Below, piece after piece: positions 1 to 12,698 of a stretch of DNA of 64,000 nucleotides; the first letter of the stretch is position 1, and every line of letters starts with the position of its first letter. The notes below the pieces were generated by a model that did not search any database, was not told where the DNA came from, and saw only the letters and a list, made by a program, of their open reading frames with translations. Source of the stretch: Mobula hypostoma (lineage: Eukaryota); assembly GCF_963921235.1 (NCBI RefSeq), contig NC_086097.1, positions 83,638,001 to 83,702,000 of the forward strand, in the 5' to 3' direction. The position numbers and the translations under genes were made by a program.

Positions 1-437
1 GCTCCTCTCAACCTAGTCTCTAACTACTTTTCACTGAGACTGCTACATGAATATTGAGGGTCCGAACCCTGAATGGATCTCTGTTGTACAGTACTGGGTC
101 TTTGAGGCAACTGCAAGAATTCTCTGAATAGAGTTTATCAATTTCATATTTAGTGATCTGGATGTCACTGGCGTAAACAGTAGTTATTGCCCTTGGCCTA
201 GATCATTTCAGGAGTATTCGAAAGCCAACCACTTGGTGTGCTCAGAGTCACATGGGCCTGACCAGTTAGGAATGGCAGATTTCCTCTTTTGAAGGGAATT
301 CAATGAACTATATGGCCTTTAACAACAATTTGATGGTTTTGCTATCATTTACACAAGTGGCTTGTTTTTTCCTCTCTTTAAAATTTCCCATTTTATTAAC
401 TGAATTTAAATTCCTCAGTTGCAAGTGAAGTTCCCTA

Positions 438-1192
438 ATTTAGAAACATAGAAAACCTACAGCACAATACAGGCCCTTCGGCCCACAAAGTTGTGCCAAA
501 CATGTCCCTACTTTAGAAATTACTAGGCTTACCTATAGCCCTCTATTTTTCTAAGCTATCCAAAAGTCTCTTAAGAGATCCTATCGTATCCGCCTCCACC
601 ACTATTGCCAGCAGCCCATTCCATGCACTCACCACTCTCTGAGTAAAAAACTTACCTCTGACATCTCCTCTGTAGCTACTCCCCAGCACCTTAAACCTGT
701 ATCCTCTTGTGGCAACCATTTCAGCCCTGGGAGAAAGCTCTGACTATCCACATGATCAATGCCTCTCATCATCTTATACACCTTTATCAGGTCATCTCTC
801 ATCCTCTGTTGCTCCAAGGAGAAAAGGCCAACTTCACTCAACCTATTCTCGTAAGGCATGCTCCCCAATCCAGGCAACATCCTCGTAAATCTCCTCTGCA
901 CCCTTTCTATGGCTTCCACATCCTTCCTGTAGTGAGGTGACCAGAACTGAGCACAGTACTCCAAATGAGGTCTGACCAGGGTCCTATATAGCTGCAACAT
1001 TACCTCTCGGCTCCTAAATTCAATTCCACAATTAATGAAGGCCAATACACCATACGCCTTCTTAACCACAGCGTCAACCTATGCAGCTGCTTTGAGCATC
1101 CTATGGACTCGGACCCCAAGGTCCCTCTGATCCTCCACACTGCCAAGAGTCTTACCATTAATACTATATTCTACCATCATATTTGACCTACT
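438..1192 (-). mobile_element. CR1-clade LINE, 5'-truncated 3' fragment (ORF2 C-terminus + 3' UTR)
   Basis: ORF 629..1069 reads LYRTLVRPHLEYCAQFWSPHYRKDVEAIERVQRRFTRMLPG, the typical CR1 ORF2 C-terminal signature; short-repeat tail (tagaaaca) at ~441-455. Confidence 0.9.
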
Positions 1193-3689
1193 AAAGTTTA
1201 TGAGAAAAGGCCTCTGGTTTACTACTCCAGTAATATAATCTCTGTGGTGCCAATGCACAGCTTGGTTTCAAGTGGTTTCTATCAGTGAACACATCCACTG
1301 TTCATCAAGGGGATGCAGCCTGATGTCTCTACACTTATAAATGAGTGAATGAACAAATGTGTTGTTTTCTGTCGGTATTATTCTTGGTAATGTACAGTAC
1401 ACTGTCCTGTAGAGTTGTAAGCTGCAGTTGCTGAAGAATATGCTTGGTGAGAGCTCCTCCACTCTGAAAAATAATGCCATGTGACCTTTTTCCCCCACAC
1501 CTGAGAGAAAGCTATAATATTTCAGCTGATAGTGGAATATGAGAACACTAAAGGCAGGAGTGGGTGTCATGACCACTCACCATTCCATAAATTGATCCTG
1601 ATCTTCGCATACAGTATATTCCTGCTCAATTCCTGTATCCTTTGATTGCCCCGGTGTTAATCTCAGCCTCGCGCTCGCTGATCAATTGAGCATCTATATT
1701 CTCCTGGGCTAGAACATTTCAAAGGTTTACACTACTCTGAAGAAATTTCATCTCATCCCAGCATTCCCTTAAGTGCCGTTTGAAATACAAGCTTTGCTGC
1801 ATGGGAGTGGGACCTGAATTCATAACCTTCTGTCTCAGTCGAGCACTACCAAGTCAAGACTGACATTAAGTGCAAAATGCCAGACTGAAAAATTATTTCA
1901 GGAAGCATACAAAGTTTTGTTTTAGCCTTTTTAAAACAAAAGAGAATATTTGGAGTATCAATCTTGAGGCAGTGTATTTAATTCCCCAGATAGTTTGAGT
2001 TCAAAGCCGAACCTTGGATGAAATGTGAACTCTCCTATTCCCAGCAGAGACCACTTGTCAAATTACTTACAAAGGAATCCTTTAATAAATCTGTAACTCT
2101 GCTCTTTGTGTCCTGCACCAAATAGATGCTTCCTTGCACTGACTAGTATGTTCTGAGCAACAATTCTTCTTTATTTTTTTCTGAACTATTTCAAAAGTGT
2201 GTTCAATAATGGAGACTGGATTAACAGCTGAATATTACCTTTCTACAGCAATCAATGCTCAAGACTAGTTGTTTCATTGAAAATTCTGGCCACTGCAATT
2301 TAGAAAATAGTTAGGTTTCTGAAGAAGTTTTTTAAATGATTGGCAAACGTCTTATTTTGGCATTTACTTGGTAATAAGCAGTAGTTCTCCCGCTGTGGTA
2401 TAATGTGTAAGTGCCCTATTTCTCTCTGAAGTAACTGTGCCATTTTTATGTACATGAGAGGTAAAAGCTGACCGCAGCAATTTTCCTAAATATGGAAACT
2501 CAGTCTAAGATACTCCACAGAGGCATAAGGATGAAGAAGGGCTGCTGTACCAGAGAAGGAAAAATCTGGAGGGGTGTCAAAAGTCCAGTCTTAATTGAGT
2601 CTGTAGAGTAAGTGGGGGGGGGGGGGGTTGAGAGCTTAATGGGCTTAGAATAGGGGACTTGCTGAAGGCAGAAGGGATGCTGCAAATGATTGGAGATGGT
2701 AGAATGCACTTTTCAGAGAAAGGTGGTAATTTTTAATAATAGGGCAATAAGGAAAATGAAAAATTCTGAGAAGGTAAACATTTTAAGTTTGAGTCAATGG
2801 TGGAACCTGGTTTAAAAAAAACCAGCTTAGTCTGGGTATGAGTGAAGAGTGAGTTGGAGTTCATGAAGAATATATGGGTTGGAGATGAGGGGAGAGGGCC
2901 AGAAGAGCATTGAACTATTTGAGTTTTGAGGTTAACTGGTTACAGATGAAAGGACTAGCTCGGAAGATCTCTCTGCTTCCGGCTCCGGTTTGAAACTTAG
3001 TTTCTGCTGTTACATAGGCAAATGCAGCAATAAAAATAGATGCATCATATTCATACAACCATTAATGAAATTGTGATTAGCTCACCACCTTGTAGATATT
3101 GTTTAAATCAATGTTGGCTCTCATAGAAATACCCCTTTTAGATATTTCCATATAGTCCTTTGTGTCCATAAAGGTCTAAAGTTAATAAAGAGATGCACTT
3201 CCAACAATGCAACACCACCACAATATTCCTTTCACCAGCTGGCCTCCACTATATGCTCATCACCTTGATACAGGGCTTGAACCTCTGATCTCCTGACACC
3301 AGTGAAATTGGTGTCACTAGGAATTTTGGTCATTGTGATGGAAGTACGCTTTCTCTGTACTGGAAAAGATACATGGTTAGAGGATCCCCTGAAAGTTAAA
3401 TGGGATATCTTGATTGCTAACAGGTTGGGTCAACCTGAGACAAATGATGAAAGAGGGTTGGTACCCATATTGCTCAATATTTCAACCTGCTTAAAATTGA
3501 TAATTAGATAAGCACTCCAAATGAAGCAACTGAGAGACATTACGGTGTTTGAGCTCTGCTTTTTGCCTACAGATGATATCTTGACATATGGATGGGCACA
3601 AGGATCATTTGGCTGCACTCCTACACTACCTGCAAACAGACAGAGCCTATAAAGCAAGGCTGCAGGTATCACGACAACTAAGAGGAGGA

Positions 3690-5803
3690 TGCAGGAGGCA
3701 GAGGTACATCAGAGGATGGCCTTGTGTCAGTGGGCTGGGCCGTGTTCAAGAACTTGTCTGAGGACCTGAATGACTACACCAGCGTTGTAACAGACTTTAT
3801 TAAAACAGCTGTAGATGAATGTGTCCATCCAAGGTTTTCCCCAGTCAGAAGCCACTGATGAACAATGAAATCCAGAATTTACTTAGAGCCAGATCAGAGG
3901 CATTCAAGTCTGGAGATCAAGCATGCTAGAAGAGGTGCAGGCACAATCTCCAGAAAGCCATCTCAAAGGCGAAGTGGTGAATCCGGATTAGACTGGAATC
4001 AACGAGGGATGCTCAACAGCTGTGGCAGGATTTGGATGCTATACCCTCCTATGAAGCTAAATCTTGCGACAGAGGGGACAGCAGAACTTCGCTTCCAGCT
4101 GAGCTCAATGCCTTCTATGCTTGCTTTGACCACCAGAACAGGGAGGAACCATCGCACACCCTCATGTTGCCCGATGATGCTTTGGTCTCAGTATCTGAAG
4201 ATGACATGCACTGCCTTAAACAGAGTGAATCCAAGGAAAGCATCTGGTCCAGATGGAGTACCTAGCTGAGTACTGAAGACCTGTGCCAACCAACTGGCTG
4301 GTCTATTCATCTCGTTCCAGCAGTGTGTGGTGCTCACCTGCTTCAAGCAGGTTTCAATTGTACCAGTGCCTAAGAAGAGCGTGGTAACCTGTGTCAATGA
4401 ATATCACCCAGTGGCACTTGCATCCACAGTGATAAAGTGTTTTGAGAGGCTGATGTTGAAGCACATCGGCTCCTGTCTGAGTGGCGGCTTGGATCCACTC
4501 CAATTTGCCTGCCAAAGCAATGGTTCTACAGCAGATGCCATTTCATTGGCTCTTCACACAACACTGGAACATCTAGACAGCAAAAATGCATACATCAGGA
4601 TGTTCTTTATCGATTACAGCTCAGCACTTAACACCATCATCCCCCTCAAAACTAATCAGTAAACTCCAAGACCTGGGTTTCGATACTTCCTTGTGCTATT
4701 TGCTCCTGGATTTCCTCAATTGTAGATCCCAGTCAGTTCAGAATGGCAAAAACATCTCCTCCACAATCTCCATCAACACAGGAGCACCACAGGGATGTGT
4801 ACTTAGCTCCCTGCTCTACTCACCTTACACTTATGACTGTGTGTCTCAGTACAGCTCCAATACCATATACAAATTTGCTGATGAAACCACTGTTGTGGGC
4901 TGAAAGATGGTGATGAATCAGCATACAGGAGGGAGATTGAAAAGTTGGCTGTGTGGTGTAATAACAACAACCTCTCACTCAATGTCAAAAGAACCAAGGA
5001 ACTGATTGCAGACTTCAAGAGAGGGGAAACCTGAGGTCCATGAGCCAGTAATCATTGGAGGATCAGAGGTGGAGAGGATCAGTAACTTTAAATTCCTGGG
5101 TGTCACTATCTCAGAGGACCCGTTTTGACCCATCATATAAATATAATTGAGAAGAAAGCACAAGAGTGCCTCTGCTTCCTCAGGAGTCTGTGGAGATTCT
5201 ATATGTCATCAAAAACCTTGGCAAGCCTCTATAGATGTGTAGTAGAAAGTGCTGACTGGCTGCATTATGGCCTGGTATGGGAACACCAATGCCTTTGAGC
5301 AAAAAATCCTACAAAAGTTTGTGGATTCAGCCCAGTACATGACAGGGAAAACCCTCCCAATCATTGAGCACGTCTACATGAAATGTTGCTGTGGAAAGGC
5401 AGCATCTATCGTCAAAGATCCTCACCGCCCAGGCCATGCTCTTTTCTTGCTGCTGCCATCAGGTAGAAGGTATAAGTACCCCAGGACTCTCACCACCAGG
5501 TTCAAGAACAGTTACTTGCCCTCAACCATCAGGCTCTTGAACAAAAGTGGATAACTACACTCATTCTACTTCCAGTGTTTCCACAACCAACGGTCTTACT
5601 TTAAGGACTCTTTTATCTTGTTATTTCATGCTCATTATTTATTGCTATTTATCTGTATTTTCATTTGCACAGTTCATTGTCCATTGATCCTGTTTAGTTA
5701 CTGTTCTATAGATTTGCTAAGTATGCCCATAGAAAAAAAGAATCTCAGGGTTGTATGTGGTGACATGTATCTACTCTGATAATAAATTTTACTTTGAACT
5801 TTG
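3690..5803 (+). mobile_element. Rex1/Babar-clade LINE, degenerate RT (frameshifts and stops)
   Basis: RT motifs across frames: VNPRKASGPDG, IVPVPKK, PVALASTVIKCFERL, LDPLQFA, FIDYSSALNTI, TGAPQGCVLS, YKFADE (catalytic YADD-like, ~4870), HPGHALF..LPSGRRY..TTRFKNS; 3' tail gataataaa..tttgaactttga. Confidence 0.88.
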
Positions 5804-6529
5804 ATTATTGGAAGTGCATTCAAAAGCAATCGTACTTCTGGAGAGAGAAAGATGTTGGAGATGCCCTGTCTGCAATTACTACAAATGGCGGAAGGGCATT
5901 GTCCAACCATCCCAAAGCAGTGAAGGATATTGCACCGGTGTTAGAGAAAATGACACCTGTGGCTCTTTGGGATGATTTCAGTCTGGTAGAAAGAGTGTAC
6001 ACCTAATTGGAGCATTCAAACACTGAACTGTATGACATGAATGTGGGTCTGGTAGATCAGAGTATTTCCCGGGGACTATGATGGATGGAGATAAGGTGCT
6101 GGGTCAGAGATTTAATGAGGAAAAATTGTAAAAGTAGAACACTTATTTGTAGAATGTTTTGAAGCATCTCCTTACTTGCCAAATACTTGCCAGTGAGATG
6201 ATATCACATGCAGCATCATGTAATTTTAATAGTTATGATTCCACGATATGGACATAAAATGATCCTGGCAAAACTGTGTTCGGGAAAAGAGGGAAAGGAA
6301 CTCATTTTAGAGGATTGCATTTGAATAGTTTGGGTTTCATTCGCATACTAGATTTGAGCTCTTTAAAATAATTTTGTTTAATAAAACTAATGTTTTTTTC
6401 CAGATTATTCATTTCCATTGATTTTGTGGTTTGCTTCAAATTTACCACTCATTTCTATTGAAGTAATCACATCATAACAAAATGTTAAAAGAAGTGGGAC
6501 AAAGGGATTCCATATTGTTTAGAATAACC

Positions 6530-6900
6530 CTCTTCTCCAAGGTTTGCCACCTTGTCATGGTGGAGAGGTGTGTGAGTTCCAGAGATGGCCAGCAGTGCTG
6601 TCTGGAGGTTAACCAGGTTTGGTTCTTTCACCATGTTGATTTAGTCAGTCTACCCAGGGCACAGGTGCCAGCATTCCTCATTGTGGTCGAACTGTAACTC
6701 TGCAAGGACACTGAGCTTTGTGGTAGAAAGTTGTCGAAGGGTTGATAAAATCTGAGGCATTCCATTCCTATTTACTGCAGGGATAGTGTGAAGAGAGCTG
6801 CAACCAGTGCTCAGGCCTGAAAGGGGCTAGATCTTTCAAACTATCCACCGACCAAGGAGCTCAACAACAGGGTTGATGAAGACAGAAAATCGGGAAAGGA
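6530..6900 (+). mobile_element. possible RTE-clade LINE 5' UTR remnant
   Basis: tgccaccttgtcatggtggagagg... resembles RTE/BovB-type 5' ends; non-coding and old, recognised from memory only. Confidence 0.35.
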
Positions 6901-7307
6901 GTGGCTAGCAAGGAGAGTAGAACAAAATGGTTGAATCACAATCTTATCTGTCTCATTTAAGATATCAGTACAAGACTCTCTGAGCAATAGTGTTGACATG
7001 CAACCCTGTTGTAACCTCATACCAGAATATCTGATTTGCTGAAGCCCAAACAACTGCGTCACTGACTACTGCTTAATCTAATGACAATTTGATTCTGATT
7101 CACATGAAGGAATATCAAAGATGTTGTTTAAAAAGAAGCTGGAGATCCAGGAACTGAATTTGTCCTCTGTCATCAAATTTTCATGCATCCTTCTCCGATT
7201 CACCTATCTAAAGGGCCAATATTGATTTCTGTGAAAATCAAAACAAAACTGTGGATATTGGAAATCTAAAATTTAAAAAAAGTAATGTTTTCTCTCAAAG
7301 CTTTTTC

Positions 7308-8187
7308 ACACAAAGCTGGGTGGAAGTGTGAAACGTGAGGAGGATGTTATGAGAATGCAGGGTGACTTGGACAGGCTGGGTGAGTGGGCAGATGCATGGC
7401 AGATGCAGTTTAATGTGGATAAATGTGAGGTTATCCACTTTGGTGGCAAGAATAGGAAGGCAGATTACTATCTGAGTGGTGTCAAGTTAGGAAAAGGGGA
7501 AGTACAACGAGATCTAGGTGTCCTTGTTCATCAGTCACTGAAAATAAGCATGCAGGTACAGCAGGCAGTGAAGAAAGCTAATGGCATGCTGGCCTTCATA
7601 ACAAAGGGAATTGAGTATAGGAGCAAAGAGGTCCTTCTGCAGTTGTACAGGGCCCTGGTGAGACCACACCTGGAGTACTGTGTGTAGTTTTGGTCTCCAA
7701 ATTTGAAGAAGGACATTCTAGCAATTGAGCGAGTGCAGCGTAGGCTCACGAGGTTAATTCCCGGGATGGCGGGACTGTCATATGTTGGAAGATTGGAGGA
7801 ACTGGGGTTGTATACACTGGAATTCAGAAGGATGAGAGGGGATCTGATTGAAACATATAAGATTATTAGGGGATTGGACAAGCTAGAGGCAGGAGACTTG
7901 GGGGAGTCCAGAACCAGAGGCCACAGTTTAAGAATAAGGGGTAGACAATTTAGAACGGAGTTGAGGAAAACGTTTTCACACAGAGGGTTGTGGTTCTGTG
8001 GAATGCTCTGCCTCAGGCCAATTCTCTGGATGCTTTCAAGAAATAGAGCTCTTAAAGATAGCAGAGGGAAGGGATATGGGGAGAAGGCAGGAAAAGGGTA
8101 CTGATTGTGGATGATCAGCCATGATCACAGTGAATGGTGCTGGCTCGAAGGGCTGAATGGCCTACTCCTGCATCTATTGTCTATTGT
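7308..8187 (+). mobile_element. CR1-clade LINE, 5'-truncated
   Basis: ORFs 7328..7687 and 7703..8104: LDRLGEWADAWQMQFNVDKCEVIHFG, LYRALVRPHLEYC, RTRGHSLRIRG; premature stop at 7685; (ctattgt)2 tail. Confidence 0.92.
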
Positions 8188-8214
8188 CTCTCTGCAGCCG
8201 TGTCAGGCTACAAT

Positions 8215-8730
8215 CGGCAGGGAGAGAAACAGTGTCAACATTTCCTGAAACATTAGCTCCGTGTCTCTTTCCACAGATGCACCCTGACCTGTTCAGTATT
8301 TCCAAGGCACTTTCTGTTTATTCCACATCAAGGTACCCACTTCTGGTACGGATCTCCAAAGTTTCCGTCATTTATTGCCATCATTCATCCACTCACTCAC
8401 CCTCCCCAGTACTCTCCTCCTACCACCACTCTCGAATCTCCGTACATACTTTAAGAACTTAGCACGTCCAAATTCTTAATATTTCAGTTCTGCTGAAATA
8501 CTAACACCTCCTCTCCATTGTCGCTGGCTGAACTGCTGAGAATTTCCAAAGCGCTCTGATTTTATTTCGGCTCACTTGTCATCCGCCTGAAATGAGAAGC
8601 CTCTCTGTCTTCACAAACGCTACCCGGCTTTTTCAATTGAGGCTGCCGTTATACTGCTGTTTCTCTTCCCACGGATACTGCCTGACCTAGGATTTTCAGA
8701 CTCCCAGCTGCTGCAGTTTCTTTTCAGAGC
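8215..8730. mobile_element. cluster of decayed Penelope-like element 3' tails
   Basis: Several degenerate copies of the ...gaaac..ctctttccacagatgc..ctgacctg..agtatttcc motif seen intact at 10130-10240 and 27635-27708; the first appears to be a small head-to-head pair around 8243. Confidence 0.5.
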
Positions 8731-9114
8731 TTCCGCTATAGACTCGTTTGACATCACTTTACCGTTTCCATTTTCCCCTGTGAAGCCTGAAGCAGCCGGT
8801 GTACTTCACCCATTGAGCCCAGAGAGGGAGCTACGGCTAACTATAAAAAGGGGCAGTTCTTCCACAATCCTGTTAAGACTTACGGGTTGTTGCACGCTAC
8901 GATCATTGTAAATAAAACTGCGCTCAGTGATTACAAGTGCTAACAGGCTTCTAGGTGCCCAGCACTTGAATAGCTGGTCACAAGTGGGGCTTAACACCAG
9001 TCTTCGCTGCATTGTGTCGCTCAGGGCAGGGTTAAAGCTCCCCCAGCCCTCGCAATGTGTCTTGTCTCAATCCTAGAACTGCTTAACGTCACCTCCAGCC
9101 TCTTTTAACTTTTT

Positions 9115-9124
9115 CCTTATATGG
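9115..9124. promoter_or_regulatory. consensus CArG box (SRF site) CCTTATATGG, upstream of alpha-actinin
   Basis: Exact CC(A/T)6GG match ~3.6 kb upstream of the ATG, in CpG-retaining DNA with a GC box (ggggcggg) at ~9161; function not shown. Confidence 0.4.
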
Positions 9125-10013
9125 TAGCGAGTTTTCTGGGCTATATCTCCTCGTTCTGTGGGGGCGGGTTCAGCTCAATCTGTGCCTATATTGAGAGATG
9201 ACAGACTACCTTAGATGGCAAAATAAACCCCGGGTGAAGTAACAGTGATCCCCGCACTCGTCTTGATTCGCATTTTTTCTGTGCCACCGGCAGACAGAAG
9301 TTTGCCATTAATCTGTGGTATGCATGTGTTTGGTCACTGGGTTAACGCGGCGAGCGAGACAGAGAATGACAAAGTGGGGGGGGGGATGTTTGCCTAATCC
9401 GCGATATTTACTGCATGAGAAAAGAATTTATGACTTTAGGAGGGAAAAAAGTGATTTTGTTTAAATGCAAAAGGCCTGACCTCCCTCAAATACGGACGCG
9501 CATCTATATGCAATAAGAAACTGGGTGGGAGAATCCCACTAAGGCATTTCGTGATGATGTGAATGACTTTTCAAACGAGCTGATGCCGCAAAAGCTGCGA
9601 GGTGTGAGGAAGTTTTGTCATTCCCCCCCCCCCCCGTCACCTCGGAAACAATTATCTGCAGTAAACGATCATGAAGATTACGCTCTGAGCACCGTTAATA
9701 TCTCATATTTTCGTGTTCACTGTTTTTACAGAGGCATGATAATATATATTTAAAGAATACGTTGGATTGATCTGACAAGGCAATGAGTATTCAGTCCATT
9801 TCATACTTGAAGCACAATTAAAGCACAGATTCTACGCAGTTACGATCCGAGCGCAGTACTACCCATTGCACTGCAGTCACCCCAAGTCTCCTGGTCCCGA
9901 ATGTAGCGCTGGCCAGTCTCTCCAGTGTACTCAAAGAAAAAAAATGCGAGGTTTTAGAACTTTATTACCAACCTCCAGCTGGGGGCGGGGGGAAACACGG
10001 GCCGAGCAACAAG

Positions 10014-10240
10014 TTACACTCATCAAAGTTGCTAGTGAACGCAGCAGGCCAGGCAGCATCTCTAGGAAGAGGTACAGTCGACGTTTCAGGCCGAGACCCT
10101 TCCCCAGTCCTGACGAAGGGTCTCGGCCCGAAACGTCGACTGTACCTCTTCCTAGAGATGCTGCCTGGCCTGCTGCGTTCACTAGCAACTTTGATGTATG
10201 TTGCTTGAATTTCCAGCATCTGCAGAATTCCTGTTGTTTG
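10014..10240. mobile_element. non-coding fold-back Penelope-derived insertion (head-to-head 3' ends) with 11-bp TSD
   Basis: Inverted arms 10021-10102 / 10115-10196 (82 bp, one mismatch); direct repeat cgagcaacaag at 10003-10013 and 10241-10251; nearly identical to the termini of the 25.7-27.7 kb Penelope element. Confidence 0.88.
10105..10142 (+). ncRNA. minimal type-I hammerhead ribozyme motif (Penelope-associated)
   Basis: cagtc-CTGACGA-a-gggt(ctcg)gccc-GAAAC-GTC^-gactg: helix I cagtc/gactg, conserved core CUGANGA and GAAA, palindromic ACGU helix III, GUC cleavage triplet ending at 10137. Confidence 0.75.
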
Positions 10241-11066
10241 CGAGCAACAAGCTAGAGGTTTATTACAAGCCCCCCGTGTCCATCCCAGCTGATGTCAGAA
10301 GTCTGAGACCATATTCAGTGAATTAGAGTTTGCCGTCACCGCTACTTTCTCTCTGGGGAAAGATGCTGCCCACTTCAATGCATAGATCATTTTACGGGCT
10401 TTAGATCAATGATGTAACCGTTAATCTCTTCATGGAACGACCATATAGTTAATATGGTTTCTGTCTACGAATAATGATTATTGTAGTTTACATTAGAACA
10501 TATAAAAATGTAGAAGCAGGCATGGGCCATTGGGCTTTCAATGCCACCATGGCTCTAATCTGCTGCGGGGACTCATGCAGGGTTTAGACTTGAAACGTCA
10601 ACACCCTCCCCTACACACAACCCCGCAGATGTAGCTTGGCCCCCAGAGTTCCTCCATCAGATCGTCTGTTGCTCCAGATTCCCGCAGTCTCTGGTGTCGT
10701 CATCATGGATAATCTGCCCCGAGCACCAATTTCCTGCACGATCTTTGCATCACCTGGCTACTCAAAACCCTATGGGCCCCAGCCTTGAATATATTTGAAT
10801 ACGCTAATAAAATTCACGGCCTTCTGAGTGAAGAGAATTTTCTTTAATCTCAGCCGGAAATGGTTGCTCTCCAAACAGAGAAACCATTTCACCTGCGCGT
10901 TGTTATCAAGCGATGAACAATTCAGCGTTTCATTGAGCTCATCCCACGAACGTAGTCCCAGGCCGTTTAATTTCAGGGCCTGGAATCCTCCCTCCGAAGA
11001 ATCAATCCAAGGAATCTTCAACGACTTCCTCTAGGCCAAGGAGCTTTTTCTTGAGTAAAGACGAGG

Positions 11067-11680
11067 CGGAAAAATGCAGGAGGAATCTCAATAGGCCAGG
11101 AGGCATCGATGGTAGTACATTTCGGGCCGAGGCCGCTCAACAGGGCTAGAAAGAAATGGGGCAGAAGTCAAAAATCCAAAGTGGATGGCGAAGGGGTGGA
11201 GCACGGGCTGGTGGGTGATAGGTGAAGGGGAAAGTAGGGGGTTTGGATGAGGAAAATGGGAATGATGTAAGAAGGGGAGATGGCAGGCGAACCACCTCTC
11301 CTCGGAAGGAGGAATCCGATAGGAGAGGACAGTGGACCTTGCAGGTGTAGGTGATGGGCGGGTGATGACAGCGAGGGCGCTGAAAGAGAGGGGATAATGT
11401 AGCAGAAGGATAAGGGAAATAATGGATAGGGGAGAACGGTTACCACAAGTTAGATTCCTACTGTACCCCCTGCCCCTCACCTGGATTCATCTGTCACCCG
11501 GCATCTCGTGCTCCTTCTCTTTTATTCTCCTTTGCCCTCGTTATTTTCAATCCTGATGAAGGGTCTCGGCCAAAAACTTCGATTGTTCAGTTCCATCCAT
11601 TGATGCTGCCTCACCTGCTGAGTTCCTCCAACCGGCTTTGTACGTTACTCCAGGTTTCCTGCCTCTGTAATCTTTCTCGT
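11067..11680. mobile_element. older head-to-head Penelope-like pair with degenerate hammerhead cores
   Basis: Minus arm ~11067-11450 (revcomp ccctgttgagcggcctcggcccgaaatg at ~11117-11147) and plus arm ~11460-11680 (cctgatgaagggtctcggccaaaaacttcga at ~11552-11582, followed by gatgctgcctcacctgctgagttcctcc). Confidence 0.7.
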
Positions 11681-12419
11681 GCCTCCATTAAGATGCAGCC
11701 AGTACCACCTTTGTAAATTGCCGCATGTCCTTTTCGGATCCAGGTGTTATGAGACGGGGACGGGTAGGGATGCCGCGATCTTTTCCATTGGTGTAATTTA
11801 TCTATGTATCCAATGGCCCCTTCCATAAAGATCGTTTTTTTAAATTCAAGCAAAGACCCCGTCTATCCCTATGCTTTCAAATTACTGACGTGATCGCGGT
11901 TAACTCTAGGACTTGTTTACAAGCAGACTCGAAAGACAGTTCCCACTTGCTCCGAGCTTCCCTTGGTATCAAAATACACAATTCGCATTTTTGTCCACCG
12001 AGTTAACCTCTTGCGGCCTCCTTTGCAGTCGTGTTTTGTTCGCAGATTATTTGCCATGCATTTTCACTTCAGTAGGATTATGACAATCAATGGCCGCACG
12101 TATTTCCTCTTTTGCTCCGCGAAATGCAGTGTTCACACCGGGGAAACGCATCTGAGACCAGTCACCATCATCCACAGCGTGAGTGGATGTACCGCTTCAT
12201 GGAACAAATGACAACTCCAATAGCGTCAGACTTTCAGCAGATGCCTCTGCTGCATTTCTAACTTTGCCTGAACGTGCAGGGCTGCGAATGATGATTGTAA
12301 TAAATCACAAACATCTCTATTTCTCCGGCACGGTCTGATGATAACTGTCGATCACACAAGAGAGACTCCCCCCCCCCCAGACTACCACACACACACAGCC
12401 ACCCACCCCACTACACCCT

Positions 12420-12698
12420 CTAACATCACAAGCCACCGGCGCAAATCGGCGGCAGTGACAGACGGGCCGCTCCTGCAATGGGAGTGGGCGCGGACGGCGC
12501 GGGGCAACCAATGGGTGCGGGAGGGGCGGGATTTCCGCGGCCGTGGCGGGGGGGGGGGTTGGCGCTGGGTTTCTGTGTGACTGGAGCCGGGAGAGCCGCA
12601 TTTAGAGAGAGAAAAAGAAAGCGGAGGGGAGTGCCGCTGTTTGTACTCTAGTGAGTGCTACCTTGCAAGCAGGACTGTAGCAAGACACCAGCGGAACC
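12420..12698 (+). promoter_or_regulatory. CpG-island promoter and 5' UTR of alpha-actinin
   Basis: Strongly GC/CpG-rich versus the flanks; CCAAT at 12508-12512, GC box gaggggcggg at 12521-12530, no TATA; good Kozak context accATGg at 12699. Confidence 0.75.

Noticed and set aside
2485-2495. CArG-like cctaaatatgg
   Set aside because: Seven A/T between CC and GG; does not fit the consensus.
9866-10255. Overlapping ORFs on both strands with identical peptide segments
   Set aside because: Caused by the palindrome; non-coding Penelope tail.
11552-11582. Additional active hammerheads here and at ~11117-11147, ~22122-22158 and ~62465
   Set aside because: Core nucleotides (GAAA or CUGANGA) are mutated; treated as decayed copies.
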